Below the pieces are notes generated by a model. The model had not been told where the DNA came from. It did no database searches and saw nothing but the letters and a program-made list of their open reading frames with translations. Made by a program: the position numbers and the translations under genes. A stretch of DNA of 62,756 bases, the filler included, from Squatina squatina (Eukaryota), in NCBI GenBank assembly GCA_031763465.1. It is 4 parts of 4 records of this genome, joined end to end, with 100 filler letters (N's around TTAATTAATTAA, not from the genome) between each part and the next. Parts side by side here need not be neighbours in the genome. Positions count along the whole stretch, not along the records: positions 13,105 to 33,523 come from JARFOE010000100.1; positions 33,624 to 47,220 come from JARFOE010000016.1; 2 more parts are not named here. The stretch is one strand, 5' to 3'. This document shows positions 25,012-36,600 of this stretch, in pieces. Numbering within the stretch: the first letter of the stretch is position 1; each line of letters starts with the position of its first letter.

Positions 25012-25176
25012 TTACAGGAACAGAACAGGTAGTTCCCCTTAAATGTAATGACGATGTGCCTCACCAGTTCTCAAGGAGTTCACAGCAACAACAGACAGAA
25101 ACAGACACAGATGAGCAATCTTTGAAACCTCGGCGGAAAGACACTCCCTTTCAGCACCAGCCACCACTCATGACAG
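25012..25176 (+). CDS. Putative PPP1R1C exon carrying a G-substrate (PPP1R17)-type PKG site
   Basis: Open phase-1/phase-1 exon (in-frame acceptors give starts at 24997, 25012 or 25018; donor ACAG|GTAGAC): TGTEQVVPLKCNDDVPHQFSRSSQQQQTETDTDEQSLKPRRKDTPFQHQPPLMT(G). The end aligns without gaps to recalled G-substrate KPRRKDTPALHIPPFIPG. Confidence 0.78.
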
Positions 25177-25500
25177 GTAGACGTTCTGTTACGTATTAAG
25201 AAAGATTATGAATCCTGCCATTTTATTTTCAGAACCTGGCTTCTTTATAGAGGAAGGAACACAGTCATCCATATGTATTTTACAAAATTACTCTGTGACT
25301 CACTGCTGGAAATGATACTGTTTTGCTAAATGAACACAGCCATTAGTTTGTAATAACATTAGTATAACCCTTTCAAATTAAACTAGTTCTCAGTGAAATA
25401 CGCTTAAAATGGAAATAAGTTTAGATTAATTTTAACAGAGCAGTTTAGTTTCATCCTTTGACTTTAACAAAAGCATTGAAGTAATTATAGTCACAATAAT

Positions 25501-26231
25501 GGCCCAGATTTTGCAGTGGTAATGATGGCAACACTGTCAGCGGTCGCCGTCATTACCCCTTGAAACTGACCGCAACTTCAAGATTTAGCACATGTACATC
25601 CTCATCTGAAAATTGAAGTTGCAGTCATTCACTGCTCCGACACTGCCTGTGCTGTGGCTACAGCCCCACACCCCATAATTGGTGTAGTCAGGGAAATCAG
25701 TGAAAATGATAAACTTTGGCTTTTCCACGGTAATATGTCTGTTAAATACCTCATTAAAAGTTAGACCCCTTTTGGAACTGGGATTTTTACAGTGTAGTGA
25801 CTGCTCGACAAACGTTATGGCTCTGAAAAACTAATTTTATTGTGGAGTGTCAAATTTATCATTTTAATAAGAAACTTACAATTTTTAAGTAACTTTTTCA
25901 AAAATTACTTTTTTAAAGTTTGTTCATCTTTATTTTAGATTTACTTGTTCCCCATGTGAGAGCCCCATCTTTGTTTTGCTCTCTAACACTTTTTTTAAAA
26001 AAAAGTCAGAATAAAAGAACTTCATTCACTTCCTGGTCTGTGAGAATTCTGCATTGTAATTGGCTGCTTAGACAGCTTGTTGACGTTGCAGCAGCTTGCA
26101 TTAGAGATTCACCATTAACTTACACTGATATTAACTGAAAGTCAGCAAAGCCGAAGTTCTTATCACAGAGATCGTGAGATCTTTGTGAGAAGCTTACTTC
26201 GGGGCCAGCAGCAAACGCCTTTGTTTCGCCC
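25501..26231. mobile_element. Non-autonomous DNA transposon (Harbinger-like MITE)
   Basis: Starts ggcccagattttgcag and ends cccgtaaattacatgcc (degenerate inverted end); a matching terminus (ccgcaaaatctggccc) occurs at about 1465-1480. Confidence 0.5.
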
Positions 26232-27054
26232 CTGCCCGTAAATTACATGCCATTGTGTGTAAAGAGGAATCACTCTTAAATAATGCTGTAACTAGATGAG
26301 TTATCATAATTTGGAGAAAAGTTAAGTGTACTTATGAANNNNNNNNNNNNNNNNNNNNNNNNNNNNNNNNNNNNNNNNNNNNNNNNNNNNNNNNNNNNNN
26401 NNNNNNNNNNNNNNNNNNNNNNNNNNNNNNNNNNNNNNTGAAAAAAAGATCAACCTGAAATATTACTATCCTGAACAAAATAGACAATGAACATTTCTCA
26501 TACTAGCACATAATTAACATTTGTATCTAACCAGAACTGCAAATGTGAAACTAACGATGCTATTTAGCTGCAACATGGTCACATGAGCAGATTACAGAAT
26601 GGAATTGAAACAATTGTAAAAGATACATATTTTTTAAAGACAGCTGAATCTATTATAAGACCTCTCCAAAATATTTATCAAAAACTGTATCTAACTGAAG
26701 AGTTCAATTTATGTTAAATGATGCATAAAAACTCAATGTAAATTGATAATGAAGGCAAAATAATGAGTTTTCTTTTTACCAGTTGCTATTAGCATTACCG
26801 ATCATTGTGATTTAATTGGTTCCCTCTGGACCTTCTTTAGCATTACAACATTAATGCATTCATCTTATTAGACAAGATCACAAATAATTAATGAACGTGT
26901 CAGATCTTAAAATACATTAGCGGAAGCAACAAGGTTTTAAAAAAATCAGTAAATGATATATAGGCATTTACAATCTTTTTGCATCATGATTATGGGATTG
27001 TGACCAAGCAAGACAATATAGTCTATCCCCCGTAAAGGTGAACAGAATTAATCT

Positions 27055-27625
27055 GCCATCCCACTATTGACCTACCCAGTTCATCCATCTTACTGTCAAT
27101 CTATTCAACTATTTCAGCATTTACTCAAGTCACTATTTTTCCCCAACATTCTCTTAATCCAGGAACACCCTTACACATCTTCTCACCCATTTCATTATCT
27201 ACTCACCCACTCACTTTATCAGCTATATCATTATGCATTCACTCACTTACCTCACCATATACCTATTTGCCTGCTCACTAATCCCTCCATCTGTCCTCTC
27301 AGCTATTCATTATCTACCCAACCTCTAAACTATCTAACAGTTCTTATCCACTCAATACTGTCACTGTCTATTCACCCACTTCATTACTCATCTCACTATG
27401 AATACATTACCTACTGACCCAACTATCTGCATATTTACCTTCATGTTACCATCTATCTGCTCAGATGCTCATTATATATCCAATCTCTGCACCCTTGCCC
27501 TCCCCATATTATCATTTCCCACTCAGCCACCAGATTATCTACCTCACTATCTTTGACTATCTACATATCTACCCAGCTATCAATCCACCCATCAACTACA
27601 CTATGCATCTATTCATCCAACTAAT
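27055..27625. repeat. Degenerate tetranucleotide (CCAT/CTAT/CACT) low-complexity tract
   Basis: Strongly G-poor top strand with recurring atct/actc/accc 4-mers. Confidence 0.75.
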
Positions 27626-27991
27626 TATTGAAGTGAAATTGGCGTGAAAACNNNNNNNNNNNNNNNNNNNNNNNNNNNNNNNNNNNNNNNNNNNNNNNNN
27701 NNNNNNNNNNNNNNNNNNNNNNNNNNNNNNNNNNNNNNNNNNNNNNNNNNNGAATCTCATTTGCTGTTTGTGGGGCCTCACTCTGTTCAGATTTGTTTCT
27801 GCGTTTTGCCTACGTAATGATTGCATTTCAAAAGGAATTCTGTTTGGCACGTCCCATGAAAATGAAAGGTATTATTAATGCGAAAATTTTTCCTTCTTTT
27901 CTCCACTTGACACGAGGAGAACAGAAGTTTACACACCCGCAATGTCCATCCATCCAGTCCATTTGACAACTTTATTTCGCTGTAAACTTCA

Positions 27992-28427
27992 GTCAGCCAT
28001 GGCTCAGTGGGTAGCACCCTAGCCCCTCGTCATAAGGTTGTGGGTTCAAGTGCCACTCTGGAGACTTGAGCACAAAAACCTAGACTCCACTGCACTAAGG
28101 GAGTGCTGCACTGTCAAGAGATGCCGTCATATGGATGAGATGTTAAATTGAGGCCTCGTCTGCTCTCTCGGTTGGATGTTAAGATCCCCTGGTGCTATTT
28201 CGAGGAAGAGCAGGGAGTTATCCTTGGTGTCCTGGCCAATATTTATCCCTCAATCAACATCACTAACAGATTATCAGGTCATTATCACATTGCTGTTTGT
28301 GGGAGCTTGTGCGCAAATCGACTGCTGCTTTTCCTCCACTTCAAAAATACTTCATTGGCTGTAAAGTGATTTGGGACATCTGGTGGTCATGAAAGGTGCT
28401 ATAGAAATTCAAGTTGGTCTTTCTTTT
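27992..28427 (+). mobile_element. Near full-length SacSINE1/DeuSINE-type tRNA-derived SINE
   Basis: Pol III A box (tggctcagtggg) and B box (ggttcaagtgcc), central Deu-like body (gggagtgctgcactgtc...ggatgttaagatccc.tggtgctatttcgaggaagagcaggg), tail gaaaggtgctatagaaattcaag..tctttctttt. Confidence 0.85.
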
Positions 28428-31017
28428 CAAACAGAAATGGATAAATGTAACCAATTAATTCATAATACGGAGGAGTACTGTACAGTCAAATATCAACATT
28501 TAGCTTGAACTGGTCATTCAAATGGTTTGAAATGTTTGAACTTAATTACATATAGGAATTTTGTAAGCTGGTTTGACATCATCACGATTCCCTGATGTAG
28601 AAGAAGTGAAAATTACATATTCGGAGCTGGCAAATTCATTCCAACATATTTTGCCCATTGGCGAGATTAGGGAATGATCATTGTTTGATTTTCATTTTGC
28701 TACATTCGAAGGTTTAAAGCGAAGCTCCTGTTGGAACAGCCAGGTATTCAAACTTCATCTCAACATGTCCAATTTTATGGAAGGGATAAGTGGCTTTTCA
28801 GAAATTTGGTCTCATCCCAGTACCCAGTCTTACACTCGATACCAGACAGCGTAAGGATGTCCCAATTCAGAAGTGAGACTTTGGCATGCCAATTTACTTA
28901 TCTTTCCTACTTTAACTTGCTTAGAATGATAGAGTAGGCTTGATCATTACTGCTGTGGTCAGTGCTCCTCCTCATAAATCCCAAATTGATATTGTATCTA
29001 TCTTTTCCTCTCTCCTCTTCTCACAGTGGAACGAAATAAAAAAGAATGGAAAAAATATATAAAAAGGTGCTGAACTTCTAATGTTCCCACGACTGAAGGA
29101 ATGTCAACCCTCAAGTACAGCTCACCAGCTGAAATGCCAGCCTGTCTGAATATTCTTACTCAAGCTAAATGTATTTAGGGTTAATTCTTGTTATTATGTT
29201 GAAGAATGTGATTTTACTGCTATTTTGATCAAACAGTTTAAGTTAGAATGATACTAAGGAGCAGTCATCCTTTTAACCCTTACAGGACAGCAGTGCCTAT
29301 TGCACCGGAATCAAAACAAACGCAAAGTGCAAGTGGAAGACATTCAGCTGCTGGCTGCCCATTTTTTGCCTGAAATATAGGTGACTGGCAGTTGATAATC
29401 TGGTAGAGACCTCATATATTTGACCACTTGAATCAACTTTCAGGTAGGCCTTTAAATGGCCGCTCAGCTCTCCTGCCCAAAACAGGCAGGAGGCTGTTCA
29501 AATATACAAGTTGGGGTCCAACGCTTGTTGTAGGACCTGGGTTGCTACTTTCAAGAAGAAGTGGGCGAAGCCTGCAGGGTACCCGCCAGTCTTCCTTTCT
29601 CCTGGCTTTGCGAGGCCTGACCGGTAGTCGGTAAAGTTAAGTATTTTATTTTATTTTAAAAAGATCGCATCATTGTTCACATTATTCCCATGGGACCAAA
29701 CCCCAAGCTTTAACCTGAACCCAAAAGTTATTTGCACTTCCTGAATACTGAATTCCTTTTCTTTTCACCTGTTATGGAGACATGGAGGAAGATTTTGGCT
29801 TTAAACTGCTGCAGAAATGAAGTTTTTCTCTTCCTGGGAGTGGGGCTTTGGGAATGGGAAACTAAAATGTTTGTTGTCTTGTTGCTTTTCAAGTCTGTGG
29901 TGGGCTGGGGTGGATCCTGGGGTTGGGGCTAGAAAGAAGGTTGGGACTTGGAATAGGCTGCAAAAAGGCCAGAGCTTGGGGCTTAGACTTGGAGAGTGCA
30001 AGTAGAAAGGTGTGGACTTGGCTGCAGAGTGATAGTCAAGTTGAAGGTTAGAGTTTGGTCCCTGTAGACAATGTAATTAATGATGTACTAATGGTCGTGT
30101 GGTTGGCATGGACCAATTAGGCTGTCAAATTGCACTAAAGCTAAAACATTTCCAGTACTTAAATGTTAAAAGTTATACAAGTTACAGCAACTGTGTACAT
30201 CAGACTTGTCCAACATACAGCTCCAGGTTCATGCTTGTCCACTAAGCATGGCTAATTTGTCCCTGAAACCCAGGCAATTCATTCCTATTTTGGTTTATAT
30301 TTATTTGCTGGCTTGTACTTTTTGAATGCTGTGATCTGGAGGTTTAGAAAGAGCTGATTTTAGTGCTGTTGCCTCACTGGTGCGTTATTTGTAGCTCAGA
30401 ACACTGAGTTCTGTTGGTATCAGCAACTTGAGAAATATGTACATAAATAGCAACATGGACTTAAACTTTATAAGTGGCCTCAAGGCCCCTTGATGAACAC
30501 CTATAGTCCACAAAGACATAAGCTTAGAACCCCTGGTAGAAATAAATACATTGCTCCCTGCAATATTATTCTGATTTCATTAATAGCTCATGAATAAAAA
30601 TCACTACAATTGCTGCTCGTGATTTTTGTTGTTTATTAACCTATAATTACATTCAGAGAAGTACCTAATAAGACCCTTAAGTTAATGGAACTCTTTCCCC
30701 GGCACCCCCCTACAACTTTTGAAAAATACAGCCCATACTTCGCATATGCAAAATATTGCTCTGCCAATATCTTTCAGCTGTAAACATTACCTAAAAGCTG
30801 CCTGGTAATCTAGTGCAAAAGTGCTCAAGGCTACATCCAATAAAGAGTAACTGAAATAATTTTATAACAAATCTAATTACACTATAACACCAGCAGTAGA
30901 GAGACTTGCATTTGTGTAATGTTTTATCACATGTCTCAGAAAGTACTTCCTATAGAATGAAATATTGGAAATATAGCCTTTTATACTATGTTTTACTCTC
31001 AAAGAGTCTCATCTTAC

Positions 31018-31143
31018 CGCCAATCATCTTTAGATAAATTGCACATGATATTCATTTCTTCTTCTTGCATTAATCGGTAGGCAGCGCTCACATGATAGTT
31101 TTCAAGAACAGAACGATCATTGTATAAAATAGCTACACCTGAC
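31018..31143 (-). CDS. PDE1A: Ca2+/calmodulin-dependent phosphodiesterase 1A, catalytic-domain exon
   Basis: 126 bp, cag/GTAAGA; (R)SGVAILYNDRSVLENYHVSAAYRLMQEEEMNIMCNLSKDDW(R). The VAILY and RLMQEEEM features fit PDE1A rather than PDE1C. Confidence 0.93.
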
Positions 31144-32052
31144 CTGTTGATAAATGTATTAAATATAATAATTTACATTGAATATTTTATTCTATGATAA
31201 AGTGGCTACAAAAATCTAAATTAAAAACAAAGGCACTGAAACTACACNNNNNNNNNNNNNNNNNNAGCCATTGCTAGCTGCCTCTGACATGACTGGCACC
31301 TGCAGTTCACCAGTAATAAGCAAATGAGGCCGGCGGACCAGTTTTCTGTGGTCCTGCCGCCGACCTTGTTCGGCGCTGCGCTGAGTTCGTGCTTCCGGAC
31401 ACGGCCCAATTTCTAGGGCAGAAACTCCAGAAGGAAGGCTTGGGGACAGGCTTAGTTCATTTTTGTTTTTTAAAACGCAATTCCTTTATATGTTAATGCA
31501 TTGAAAGTGCCAGAAATTTGTAACTCTTGTAGATCTCCAGAAGTATGTAGCATACATTTTTTTACATGATCAAAATGAAACAAGATGTCACCACAAATTG
31601 TATAAACAATGGCAAGAATATTGTGGTAAAAAGAATGGCAGCGGTTGTAAAAGAAAAAGACCTAAAAATATAACACCTCCTGATGTATTGCGAGCTCTTA
31701 TTATTGAGGTAGAGGTCTGTCTTGGGCAGTGGCGTGGAGCAGATGCTAGCGAATCAGCCACCCATAGACTTCCCACCTGATATTCAGTTCCACTGACTTC
31801 AATAGAACTGATTATCAAATAGGTTGTATAAAAGGCAGCCAATACAATATCACTCACTTAGCACTACCGCATGTGGCAACATTTCAACCCCTGATCTAGT
31901 GTCACCCAATTAATAAATGTAGAAAGTTACACCATTTTTATTACCAAGATACCCACATTGAAATGAATTTTACTGAAGTACAATGACACACACTTTTAAG
32001 AAATTCGTATGGACATTTTATTATTTACACTTTGTGCAATATTGCTTCCTAC

Positions 32053-32153
32053 CTGGTTTGAATGTGGAAATTGTTCGTGGTCCCGGTATGTTCATAGTCA
32101 TGAATCGCAGCTGCAAAGAGCATGGCTAGAATTTCCAGTTCTGTAAACCAGTG
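32053..32153 (-). CDS. PDE1A: PDE1A catalytic-domain exon (HD metal-binding signature)
   Basis: 101 bp, cag/GTAGG; HWFTELEILAMLFAAAIHDYEHTGTTNNFHIQT(R); phases are compatible with both neighbouring exons. Confidence 0.95.
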
Positions 32154-32926
32154 CTGTAACAGAAAGGTTACAATTCGGGAAACTGCCGAGAATAATACTT
32201 CTGACTTACTCACCNNNNNNNNNNGAAGGCGTGACACGATTAGCAATAGAAAATCGGGCACAAAGGCTTGAAAGATGTCCGAGGCAAGCAGCATGTCCCA
32301 GTGCAGATGACGAGTACAAATCGTCGCGGCACAAGCTGTTCATTAAACACAACCTGAGTTCGACTTAAATGAGGTGCCTATTCCATAATGCCACAGAGTT
32401 GCCTGAGCAGGGTCTTGAACATAGAAAGCCCATTTGGAACAAGCGCTGGATGGAGGCCACGATAACATATAAAAATAAAATTTGGGCACTTCCTGCCCTT
32501 GCCACTGCTTGCCCAGTGCCCCTCCCCATCCATCGGNNNNNNNNNNNNNNNNNNNNNNNNNNNNNNNNNNNNNNNNNNNNNNNNNNNNNNNNNNNNNNNN
32601 NNNNNNNNNNNNNNNNNNNNNNNNNNNNNNNNNNNNGTATTACTTTGCTGAGTATGCTAATCGTGAACCATTAATGAATAGATCTATTTGGAAGATCTAT
32701 ATGGCATTTTGCTTCTGTTGCCGTTGATGCCACCATCTCAGAATGGTTGTGTTTCAATTCCATACCAAAAATAGCTTGTGATGTGAAAGCTTTTATATTG
32801 GATTCTTTGGCCACCTTCCAAGAACAAATTGGTCAAAACTGTCTCTGAAAGCATCAAGATCCTAAGCACAGACCTAAATACACACTACTGTTAAAATAGA
32901 ACAAGTCTATATTAACATACTCTTAC

Positions 32927-33067
32927 CATAATGCCAGTATGGAGCATTAGGTAATGCACAGTCTGGGCCACATCTGCTGCATGGATTAAGTTATGATAAG
33001 GATTCTTGTACTTGCTATAACCCGCCTCCAGGGCTTCAATGAAAGACATTAGAGAAGGTACAGGGAT
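32927..33067 (-). CDS. PDE1A: PDE1A catalytic-domain exon (YHNxxH motif)
   Basis: 141 bp, tag/GTAAGA; IPVPSLMSFIEALEAGYSKYKNPYHNLIHAADVAQTVHYLMLHTGIM, matching PDE1A GYSKYKNPYHNLIHAADV..TVHY.MLHTGIM. Confidence 0.95.
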
Positions 33068-33523
33068 CTATAAAAGAGAGAACATTTTAAATGAGACCCA
33101 GAGGTGAGGTGACAAATCACATATCACGTATTATTATAAAATATTAGACTCTCAAAATAAAATATCGTTGATCAAAAGCTTTTAAGATTCATTGTCTCAG
33201 TTATTCAAATATAGGTTGATCAATAAATAACTTAGTCATGTCCATTAAAAAACTTGTTCTATTTTATATTAAAAAATCTACTGAAAGTTAGTATTAAAAT
33301 CTTAACATTCATATTACTTCATATTCAATGCACCTAAATATAAAAAATGTTCTAAAACTCAACAGTTATTTAAAATACTGTATAATTAGCATTTTAATAT
33401 CAATTTTCATTGAACTAATTTAGGCCAATTCACAATTATTTTTCTCAAAGAGATTAACATTACAAAACATCTGACATTTTGTAGCCTATTGTATATTGCT
33501 GTTGGGCAAAAGCCTATAATGTT

Positions 33524-33623
33524 NNNNNNNNNNNNNNNNNNNNNNNNNNNNNNNNNNNNNNNNNNNNTTAATTAATTAANNNNNNNNNNNNNNNNNNNNN
33601 NNNNNNNNNNNNNNNNNNNNNNN
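33524..33623. other. Artificial scaffold-joining spacer (N44-TTAATTAATTAA-N44)
   Basis: Same structure as 13005-13104; 12-mer at 33568-33579. Confidence 0.95.
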
Positions 33624-36600
33624 CCCAATATTGTTCACTATTGCTCCTCAAAGCTACTTGTGCACATGCACAAACTATCAGATAGCTTGATGGCAATGCT
33701 TTAATTGGTATCAAATTACACGCTCCTTTTTTTTAAATGAATGAAATGTGGCATGTGTTAAGGAATGCATCAAGTTTTGAATGCAATTGTGAGTAGTTTT
33801 GTGTACACAATAAAGCTGTATCTTACATTGCATGTGTCTGCACCAATGCAGAATGCAAAGGAACCCTTAGTTCAATCCCTTGATAGTTGTATGAGTAGCG
33901 AGAATAAGTGAGTGGTTCCCATATGAACTACTATACAAACAAACTGGTACTGTACCAGCAAACTCAGTACAATGGAGGCATTAAGAGCTATTTATTATTA
34001 AGTATAGAGTTTTGGCTTAATTAGCCTGGGGAATTCAAGACAACAGCGATTTCACTTAAGAGGAAGTGTTTCTGTAGTAAGAAATGTCAACTGACTCTTA
34101 TGGAGGATTAAGATAATATTAATATTTTAAAAATATCAAATGCATTACATTTGTTTTATAGTCTACACTTCACTATTTTACACCAAATATGTTGATGTCC
34201 TAAAAAAAAATGCTTCTTANNNNNNNNNNNNNNNNNNNNNNNNNNNNNNNNNNNNNNNNNNNNNNNNNNNNNNNNNNNNNNNNNNNNNNNNNNNNNNNNN
34301 NNNNNNNNNNNNNNNNNNNGCCCGGGACCTCCAGGCAGCTGTGGGGCTGCGAGGCTGCGCAGTTCAGTGGGAACGTTGCTTCAAACCCCTCCCACATTCA
34401 CTAAATTGCATGAAATTGAAAGCACAATTTTTGGATTGGTTTTGACTCTTATAGAATAAACTGTACTTGTTTTCAGCAAGTTTTACTGTCTTTATTTTAT
34501 GGCAATTCTTGCACTGGTTCACTGCCTCAGTGAGTGTAGCAGTGAGCAATTAGTAGAGTTTCTTTTAATAAGTGTTATGCAGGGGAATGTGGAAAATGGA
34601 CCAGCTCTCCTGCTGGCAGGATGGAGTGGCTGACCTGCATTTTCTGCTGGTCATCTGCCCGACAGTTAAAATCTACCCATCTGTCTTTTCTCTACACATT
34701 CTCAAGGTCAAACAAAATATCATGTCAATGATAGATGCTCCTAAGATAAATAATCATCAGACATTTTACTAGTTTTCAAAATTGATACGACACAGGACCT
34801 CCCCATATGATTGGCCGCACCATGAGTTCCTGATCCCAGCAGGCCTCTTTCAGAGTTATTGCATGAAACTGAGGAGCTTCTACGCCTACTTTCTCTCTCA
34901 CCCGAGGCATTGCACATAGTACAATGAGACCTAGAGAGGTGAGAGAACCTAACTTACAATTTTCGTTTTTTCTGGAGGAAGCACATAACTTATTTAAAAA
35001 TATCAGTTGGTCCTGATTTTACTTAAAGGGCATATAACCAAAGGTTTGTTCAAGGTCAAAGCTGAATTCAGGCCTGATAATACCAGCAAAGTCCTATTGG
35101 AAGCATTTTTTTGGACTTTCATCACTAAAGTCTGTATATATTTGTCTGGCACCAGCATCACTGCACATCCAAACACAAACAGTCACTATAACAGGAAGTG
35201 ACCTTTGAGCTCACCCGTGATTACAATTAGAACTTAGCCGAGAAAGAAATGATATAAAGCCTTTCCAAAAAAGCCACTTACTTATAACCTAATGTTCAGG
35301 AACATGTTTCAGACCTTTGCTATAAGGGTTCAACCAAAGAGGATGCTGTCACTTACATGAGTAGGGTTAGAAAAAAACCTTTTAAAGCACTTCAGCTCAC
35401 TTAAATCATTAATCCTATACACTAGACATTTCTACATCTAATTGTAGTCAATTAAACCCAATATTTATTAATACTAGTGGCAGGTGTTTTCAGCGGCAGT
35501 GCAAATGGCTGTCTAGTACCATAATTCTAACTGCAAAGGCATTTACTCTGAACTCATGTAAATGACTGAGTATAAACAAGCCCAAATAATTCCATCTGCA
35601 TTTGGCAATTTGTCGTTACTTTTGGGTTCATTTTCCCCGTTTGTCTTGCAGATGAAGTTTGCAGGAAATGTCAAAGCCAGTGATTGATGGTTTAANNNNN
35701 NNNNNNNNNNNNNNNNNNNNNNNNNNNNNNNNNNNNNNNNNNNNNNNNNNNNNNNNNNNNNNNNNNNNNNNNNNNNNNNNNNNNNNNNNNNNNNNTGATT
35801 TAAAGCCCCATTTAGATCCTGCCTGAAAAAGAAATTTACGGAGGCCAATACCGCAACTTAACAAAGTGGCGCAGAGACGGCACAAAAAACACCCCTATTT
35901 GGCAACTTAAGTTGCCAGCGCGGCACAATCCAATCGGGGCCCCACAGACTTTGTCTTGTTACTGTGGTAACTGCATAATGCCGTTCATTACTGTGAGAAA
36001 ATATTATTTTTTCAAAGCTAACTTTTTCAGTTTAATTATTTACCTTTATTAAATAAACTTACAAAACATATTTATAACTCAGGGACTGAATGTAATGTGA
36101 TTAGTTCATTCATGAGAAAAAAATTGATGAGAGAAACCTTAGGGTTCATGGCTCTGTGTGGGATATCCTCTGTTTATTTTACCAAGCCAAAACATATTGG
36201 CATTCCAACATTATTAATTTTTGAAGTCATTAACTTTGTTAACATTGTAGTTTTGAAAATATTGTGCTTCCTTTAACACTTGCAGTGTTAATGGCCCCTG
36301 TAGGTATTGGAAATACAGAGCAATTGTGTTCCTAGAATTATTTAATTACCATATACGTATGAACACACATACAACCCTGTTAAGTGTGAAGTACCTATAA
36401 ATAGTTTGCTGATTACTGGAGTGCTTCAACATTTATCAATATGTAGGGTTTCTGTCAAATCTATAATTGTAAAGCAACATTTCCAAATTAGGATCTCTTG
36501 TATTCAAAGAGTTAATTATAGATAGTTAATTGGGCATAGAGGTGCCAAATTNNNNNNNNNNNNNNNNNNNNNNNNNNNNNNNNNNNNNNNNNNNNNNNNN

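Noticed and set aside
29890-30060. G-rich hexamer-like tract as interstitial telomere
   Set aside because: No run of intact TTAGGG units; too degenerate.
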